Notes under the pieces: model-generated
The model's database searches: none
What the model saw: only the letters and a program-made list of their open reading frames with translations
What the model was told of the DNA's origin: nothing
Position numbers and translations under genes: made by a program
Part shown: piece by piece, positions 26,322 to 31,324 of the stretch
Numbering within the stretch: position 1 is the first letter of the stretch
How the letters are laid out: the number at the start of each line of letters is the position of its first letter
Origin: an uncultured bacterium
GTDB taxonomy: Bacteria > Electryoneota > JAOADG01
Assembly: GCA_964589795.1 (NCBI GenBank)
Contig: CAZPUW010000001.1
Location: 1 to 31,324 of the forward strand
Direction: 5' to 3'
DNA length: 31,324 nucleotides

Positions 26322-29300
26322 TTACAATCTGGGTCGTTGTGGTTTGGGATTTCCGAATCCTCGCACGATTCGAATGCGGTCAGTACGATTGGTGAGCGTC
26401 TTCAATCCCACTTGCGGCGAATGGTGCCTGATTGCATCTGTGTTATCAATTGCAGTAATTCGATAGAAGATAAACGGAGAAGTGATTATGCGATTCACAT
26501 CGACGAACGATGTCGATGTCGAGCTTCCTAAGTAGTACCATGCATTTTCTGAACTATATGGTTGAATCGAATCTGCCCAAACCGAATAATTTGTTACACC
26601 TTCCCCGATTGGGCTCCAATTCAATGTAATGTCATTCCCGGAAACACTTGCGGTTAAGTTGTTCTGTGATACTAACACCGGATATAGAAAATCAATTACG
26701 GTCTGGCTTCCAATTGCTGCAGCGGAGTTACTAACTACAGAATACGCAAGCGTATCAATTCCTGTCCAGCTTTTTAGTCCTATCGTTGCGGATACACCAT
26801 AATCATAAAGTGGGTCACCGAAAAGTCCATTCTGATACCGCGACTCGATGTTGTTCGAATTTTCATAAAGAACGGTTTGAAATGATATCGATGACCCGGA
26901 TTGTAGATTCCATTGCTTCATACCTATCCAACTGATAATGAATTGCCGGGTGGGTTCGATACCGATAGTTTTGCAATACACGCCTCCCCAGATATTCGAA
27001 GCGCCGTCACCGTAAATCAAATCTGTATGCATTATGCTTAAATAAGCATTGGGTGCGGTTTCCATCGAAATTGGATTCTCGGGATACGTCGATTCCGGTA
27101 TGGTTCGATTGAAAAGTAAAAAACCATTTGAACTTACCCAGAACGTATCGACCATCTGCCCGTAAAACTTAAAATTAAATCCCGCAGGTAATACGATTTG
27201 CCAGTTATAATCATCGTCATTACCGATTTGATCCGGTAATCGGGTAGCCCCGGAAGTATCTTCCCACGACCATCCCGGCCCATTTTCTGCCCGGTCGGTG
27301 ATAAATTGATAACCCCATCCATCCGGCCCGCCGGAATTGGCGACAAACCCGAATGCACTGGATACTGTGGTTGAAGAAGAGCTTGTTGTTGGGTTTAAAT
27401 TTGAAACTGCTTGTACTTGGGTTGTATCGTGATACCCGATAGTAGCGTTCTGCGGAACCGATACTTTAATATTGATAGTTTGAGATGTATAAGGCGCAAG
27501 TAAAATAGTCGACCCTATCTGCTGTGACATATTACCGTTCCAAATTTGGGTAACCCAGTTGTTTCCGGAAACGGTTAAATGATAACTGTCGTAAACTTCT
27601 CCAATATTTAATACCGCCATTGGGTACCAGATATCGGTTTCGGGAAAACCTGTTTGTGTTGCTGAAGGGCCTATTGATACCGATAAATTGGGTTGGCGAA
27701 TCCGGGCGTGTATCATCGGCTCGTTACCAACTTCGGCTGTCCAGCTAACAGTTGCTCCCGTCAATACTCCACTGAACCGTTGCGTTCCCATTGCTGAATT
27801 CTCGCATGCTACAGGTGAGTCTGAATTCATTCCGACGTTAAGGTTGGTGTCACAAATAAACCCGATATAGAACGAACCGGAATAAATAGGTAATGCGGGA
27901 ATACCTAACGATGTCCGGCCCGACTCACACAAAATTCCATTCTGAGTATAAATCAAATTGACCGGAGCACTCACTCCGATACTGTCGGTATAGACGTACA
28001 AGTTTGTTGTAAACTCTGTAGCACATCCGTTTATCAATATGATGCTATCCATAACTGCGGGATAACTGTCCGGTTTGTATCGCACCATAATACCTGTGTT
28101 AGTAGGATAAGAGGTATTACTGATGACGACACCATCATCGTATTGAAACTCATTAGGTATCATCGGATTATATACATATTGCTCGAGATAAGAACAATCA
28201 TTGGATGCGGTAACATCGCCTGTCGCCGAGATTGAATCCATTATGGTATATGTTCCAGCGACCATAGCTGCAAAAGGTGAATCTGCTTGCACTGTATCTA
28301 CCCCACCGGGAGCAATGGGGCCGCTGGTAACCGTCGACGTCCAGACGATAGCGTTAGCGCTGTCCCGCCCGGTAAAGTGGACTGAGTATGAAATTACGGT
28401 ATCATTTCCGCTATTTCGGATGATAGTTCGAAATAACTGATTTGAAGAACCAGCGGCTATTTGGAATTTCTTTGAAGTTGCGTACAAAACTTGAGATTGC
28501 AAATCAATGTTGTGAACCGCTTTGGTAATTACTGTTGCTTGCGAAAAGATGGTTGGTGAATATTGTGAAACTACATGGATATTTGCTGTATCTTGTAATC
28601 CGTTCGCGGCATTTAAGGGGATTGAAACTTTCACTTTAATCGGCAAAGTAAAAGAAGAAGCTATCGGCCCGGTAGTAGAAATTTGCTGGTTTTGAGCATC
28701 ATTCCAGATTTGCGTCGGCCAAAGATTACCGCTTATGCTTACGTTGTAATTATCAGTTGATTCACCGAAATTACTAATAGTCATCGCGTACCAAACATCA
28801 GTTCCAACGAAACCATTCCCCGAGCCGGAAGGGCTGACTGCTACTGCCAAATCCGCATTCCTTATCGTGGCTCGAATTACCGGATCCTGACCTATTTCGC
28901 TTGTCCAAGTCAGTGTACTTCCGACTAATGAACCGGAATACCGTTGCGTACCCATCAAGAGGTTTTGGCATGCAAAGGGTAATTCGTTGTTTATTCCCAC
29001 GCTAAGATTGCTATCGCAAAGTAGCCCTACATAATACGAACCACTGCTTATGATAACCGACGGAATATGAATCGCAACTCTCGAACCTGTTCCCCGGTAT
29101 TGGTTATGTGAATAAAGTAAAGTGCGGGGACCCGAAATTCCGATGCTGTCACCATAAACATACAGGTTCGAAACAAATGGAGCTGCTCCATTATAATTGA
29201 ATATGATATTGTCGAGCGCAGCCGGGTAGCTGTCAGGTTGATACCGAACCATTAAACCCGAATTGACTGCTAAATTTTGGTTTACACTGGTAGTACCGTC

Positions 29301-31324
29301 GTCATAATGGAACTCGTATGGTTGACTCGAATCAAAAACATATTGTTCCAGATAAGACATATTGTTGGTGATGTTAACATCGCCAACTGCCGATACCGAA
29401 TCTTGGATAGTATAAACATCGATGGGAACACCTGAAAACGTTGTGCTCGCCTGTATCGTATCGGTACCGTTAGGTGCAATTGAACCGTGCATTGTAAATG
29501 AAGTCCAGACGACCGCTCCACTTTTGTTGTTCCCAGTAAAATAAACGGTGTATGAACTGACGGTATCGTTTCCGGTGTTATGAATAACCGCTTTGTAAAC
29601 CTGACCGGCAAAACCGCCGGCTAAATGGAATTTCTTGGAAGTAGAAAACAGGTATTGCGATTCAAGGTCGATGAGATGTATGGCATGGGTAAAATTTGAC
29701 GCTTGTGACGTAATGGAACCGTTCGTACGGGATGTTGCATGTACGATTGCGGTATCGATTGCACCATTATTTACCCCGGCTGGTATTGCTACTTTTACTT
29801 CAATTTGTTGTGATGTTCCCGATGGTATGGGGCCGATTTGGCTGATCAATTGGGTTTGAGCGCTGTTAAAGATTTGTGTCGGCCAATGTGCGTTGGTCAC
29901 CGATAAATTATAGGAATCAGAGCTTTGTCCGGTGTTACTCACGATCATCGGATACCAAACTGTTGTACCTACATAACCAGTGCTGGTACCGGTTGGAGTT
30001 AACGAAACAGCTAAACTTGGAGTGCGTTTTATCGATGCGCGAATCGTTAGTTCCGACCCCACATCATTTGACCATGTTAATGCGCCACCATTTAAAACTC
30101 CCGCGTAACGCTGAGTTCCCATTATTATGTTCTGACATGCCAGAGGATTGTCGTTATTTAGCCCAACAACGAAGTTACTGTCGCTGATGAATCCGATATA
30201 ATACGAACCACTGAGAATGGTTAATGCGGGTACACTTATCACGAAACGATTGTTGGAGACAACGGCTCCTCGGATATTCAAACGGGAGTAGAGAAGTGTA
30301 TGTGGTCCGGTAATTCCTACACTATCCGTATAAACATATAGGTTTGCAACAAACGGTGTTGTACCGGAATACATCAGTATTACACTATCCATCTCACACG
30401 GGTAGTTATCCGGCTTAAAACGCACCATTACTCCGGCATTGATAGAAGGTGAAAAATTGATATTGATTTGTGAGTTGTCGTACCTGTATTCGTAGGGTTG
30501 AGCGGGGTCGTACACGTACTGCTCTAAAGTGGAAATATTATTAGTCGTTACCGCCTCACCTGATACCGTTACCGAATCTTTGATAGTGTAAACATCAGCA
30601 CTCATTCCACCGAAAGTGGAACCCGCTTGTACAGTATCCGTTGCACCGGGAATAAGCTGGCTGCGGCTCACCGTCGAAGTCCAGATTACTTGATTGATAC
30701 CGTTTCTACCGGTAAAAATTACTGAATAGGAGTGGACAGTATCCGTACCAACATTACGAATAACTGCTTTAAAGGTTTGTGCGGCAAATCCCGTAGCGAG
30801 TTGGAATTTTTTCGATGTCGCATACAAATATTGCGATTGCAGGTCGATGTAATGAAGGTTAGTATATTGGCCACCAACTCGGCATCTCCAGTCATAACCG
30901 AAAATCGCCAACCAACTCGAACTATTCGTTGGCCGTGAAGTACCGGTCACATACAAACTTCGTCCTAAATTATCGACGGAATTGTCGAACAACGGCCACG
31001 AACCGTTACCACTGGTCAATCCTGCCGGACAAACTCCGTAAACTATCCAGAAATCCTGATTTTGATTCCGTGTAAAGGGTACGGAAAAACTCGTATCCAC
31101 CCATACCGCGGTCGCGGGTGGTACCGGATTCGGAATCATCACACCTGAAATTTGTCCCAAAATCGAAGACATCTTCGGAAGATGCTGAGTTCCATTCACT
31201 GAATCGGCTACAGCTAAAATTGTAATCGTATCGGGACGATTTTGTGAATTATTAAACTCAAGATAGACCGATCTTACTTCGTAAGTGCTGATTGGGGTGA
31301 ACCGTATTGCGGCCCATTGATTGG
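26322..31324 (-). CDS. 5'-truncated (>1665 aa visible) surface protein with three ~390-aa tandem repeats, a NIDO-like domain and a C-terminal FN3-like domain; no T9SS type A tail
   Basis: The track 'start' at 31199 is an internal GTG. The frame stays open to the window edge (...NQWAAIRFTPISTYEVRSVYLEFNNSQNRPDTITILAVADSVNGT...). Repeats begin HYIDLQSQ / HLIDLESQ / HNIDLQSQ. Confidence 0.85.
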   Translation of the reverse strand, partial: NQWAAIRFTPISTYEVRSVYLEFNNSQNRPDTITILAVADSVNGTQHLPKMSSILGQISGVMIPNPVPPATAVWVDTSFSVPFTRNQNQDFWIVYGVCPAGLTSGNGSWPLFDNSVDNLGRSLYVTGTSRPTNSSSWLAIFGYDWRCRVGGQYTNLHYIDLQSQYLYATSKKFQLATGFAAQTFKAVIRNVGTDTVHSYSVIFTGRNGINQVIWTSTVSRSQLIPGATDTVQAGSTFGGMSADVYTIKDSVTVSGEAVTTNNISTLEQYVYDPAQPYEYRYDNSQININFSPSINAGVMVRFKPDNYPCEMDSVILMYSGTTPFVANLYVYTDSVGITGPHTLLYSRLNIRGAVVSNNRFVISVPALTILSGSYYIGFISDSNFVVGLNNDNPLACQNIIMGTQRYAGVLNGGALTWSNDVGSELTIRASIKRTPSLAVSLTPTGTSTGYVGTTVWYPMIVSNTGQSSDSYNLSVTNAHWPTQIFNSAQTQLISQIGPIPSGTSQQIEVKVAIPAGVNNGAIDTAIVHATSRTNGSITSQASNFTHAIHLIDLESQYLFSTSKKFHLAGGFAGQVYKAVIHNTGNDTVSSYTVYFTGNNKSGAVVWTSFTMHGSIAPNGTDTIQASTTFSGVPIDVYTIQDSVSAVGDVNITNNMSYLEQYVFDSSQPYEFHYDDGTTSVNQNLAVNSGLMVRYQPDSYPAALDNIIFNYNGAAPFVSNLYVYGDSIGISGPRTLLYSHNQYRGTGSRVAIHIPSVIISSGSYYVGLLCDSNLSVGINNELPFACQNLLMGTQRYSGSLVGSTLTWTSEIGQDPVIRATIRNADLAVAVSPSGSGNGFVGTDVWYAMTISNFGESTDNYNVSISGNLWPTQIWNDAQNQQISTTGPIASSFTLPIKVKVSIPLNAANGLQDTANIHVVSQYSPTIFSQATVITKAVHNIDLQSQVLYATSKKFQIAAGSSNQLFRTIIRNSGNDTVISYSVHFTGRDSANAIVWTSTVTSGPIAPGGVDTVQADSPFAAMVAGTYTIMDSISATGDVTASNDCSYLEQYVYNPMIPNEFQYDDGVVISNTSYPTNTGIMVRYKPDSYPAVMDSIILINGCATEFTTNLYVYTDSIGVSAPVNLIYTQNGILCESGRTSLGIPALPIYSGSFYIGFICDTNLNVGMNSDSPVACENSAMGTQRFSGVLTGATVSWTAEVGNEPMIHARIRQPNLSVSIGPSATQTGFPETDIWYPMAVLNIGEVYDSYHLTVSGNNWVTQIWNGNMSQQIGSTILLAPYTSQTINIKVSVPQNATIGYHDTTQVQAVSNLNPTTSSSSTTVSSAFGFVANSGGPDGWGYQFITDRAENGPGWSWEDTSGATRLPDQIGNDDDYNWQIVLPAGFNFKFYGQMVDTFWVSSNGFLLFNRTIPESTYPENPISMETAPNAYLSIMHTDLIYGDGASNIWGGVYCKTIGIEPTRQFIISWIGMKQWNLQSGSSISFQTVLYENSNNIESRYQNGLFGDPLYDYGVSATIGLKSWTGIDTLAYSVVSNSAAAIGSQTVIDFLYPVLVSQNNLTASVSGNDITLNWSPIGEGVTNYSVWADSIQPYSSENAWYYLGSSTSTSFVDVNRIITSPFIFYRITAIDNTDAIRHHSPQVGLKTLTNRTDRIRIVRGFGNPKPQRPRL
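27350..30854 (-). repeat. three intragenic ~1170-bp tandem repeats (392 and 388 aa periods)
   Basis: His codons of H-x-IDL-x-SQ end at 30854, 29678 and 28514 (spacing 1176 and 1164 bp). Shared blocks: TSKKF, LEQYV, M-V-R-x-x-PD, YVY-x-DS, MGTQR, WY-x-M, W-x-TQI. Confidence 0.9.

Noticed and set aside
31197-31199. Track start codon of the 1625-aa ORF
   Set aside because: Internal GTG; the frame remains open and domain-like up to base 31324, and no signal peptide follows it.

Overview
31.3-kb bacterial window, probably from a non-Bacteroidota FCB-group lineage. This is an inference from T9SS-type C-terminal tails 'NF/YPNPFNP...RKMxLxK' together with canonical sigma70 promoters and GGAGG/AGGAG Shine-Dalgarno sites. 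Five minus-strand genes encode or probably encode exported proteins: a partial gene at the left edge (only a signal-peptide-like N-terminus visible), a 771-aa T9SS cargo, a 956-aa NIDO-like/beta-helix protein, a 2531-aa gingipain(C25)-like multidomain T9SS cargo, and a >1665-aa repeat protein truncated at the right edge. They are interrupted by a ~12-kb plus-strand block. That block holds a translationally coupled hdrC-hdrB-hdrA-mvhD-mvhG-mvhA operon (group 3c [NiFe]-hydrogenase/heterodisulfide reductase, all-Cys, no selenocysteine), a hydrogenase maturation protease, and a four-gene MacAB-like (type VII) ABC exporter. No rRNA, tRNA, CRISPR array or mobile element was recognised. The best leads are: (1) an Mvh-Hdr complex in an apparent non-methanogen with a near-perfect Rex/CRP-type operator upstream; (2) a structured mvhA-protease spacer with four ~22-bp phased repeats, TATAAT, an inverted repeat and a GNRA hairpin; (3) two exported proteins that end in a shared FN3-like C-terminal domain instead of a T9SS tail; (4) a C25 protease with a non-canonical His motif; (5) an HF|S autoproteolysis-like motif; (6) strongly uneven D-(S/T)-(A/I/L/V/M/T) O-glycosylation motif density. 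All homology calls are by motif recognition only; no database searches were run.
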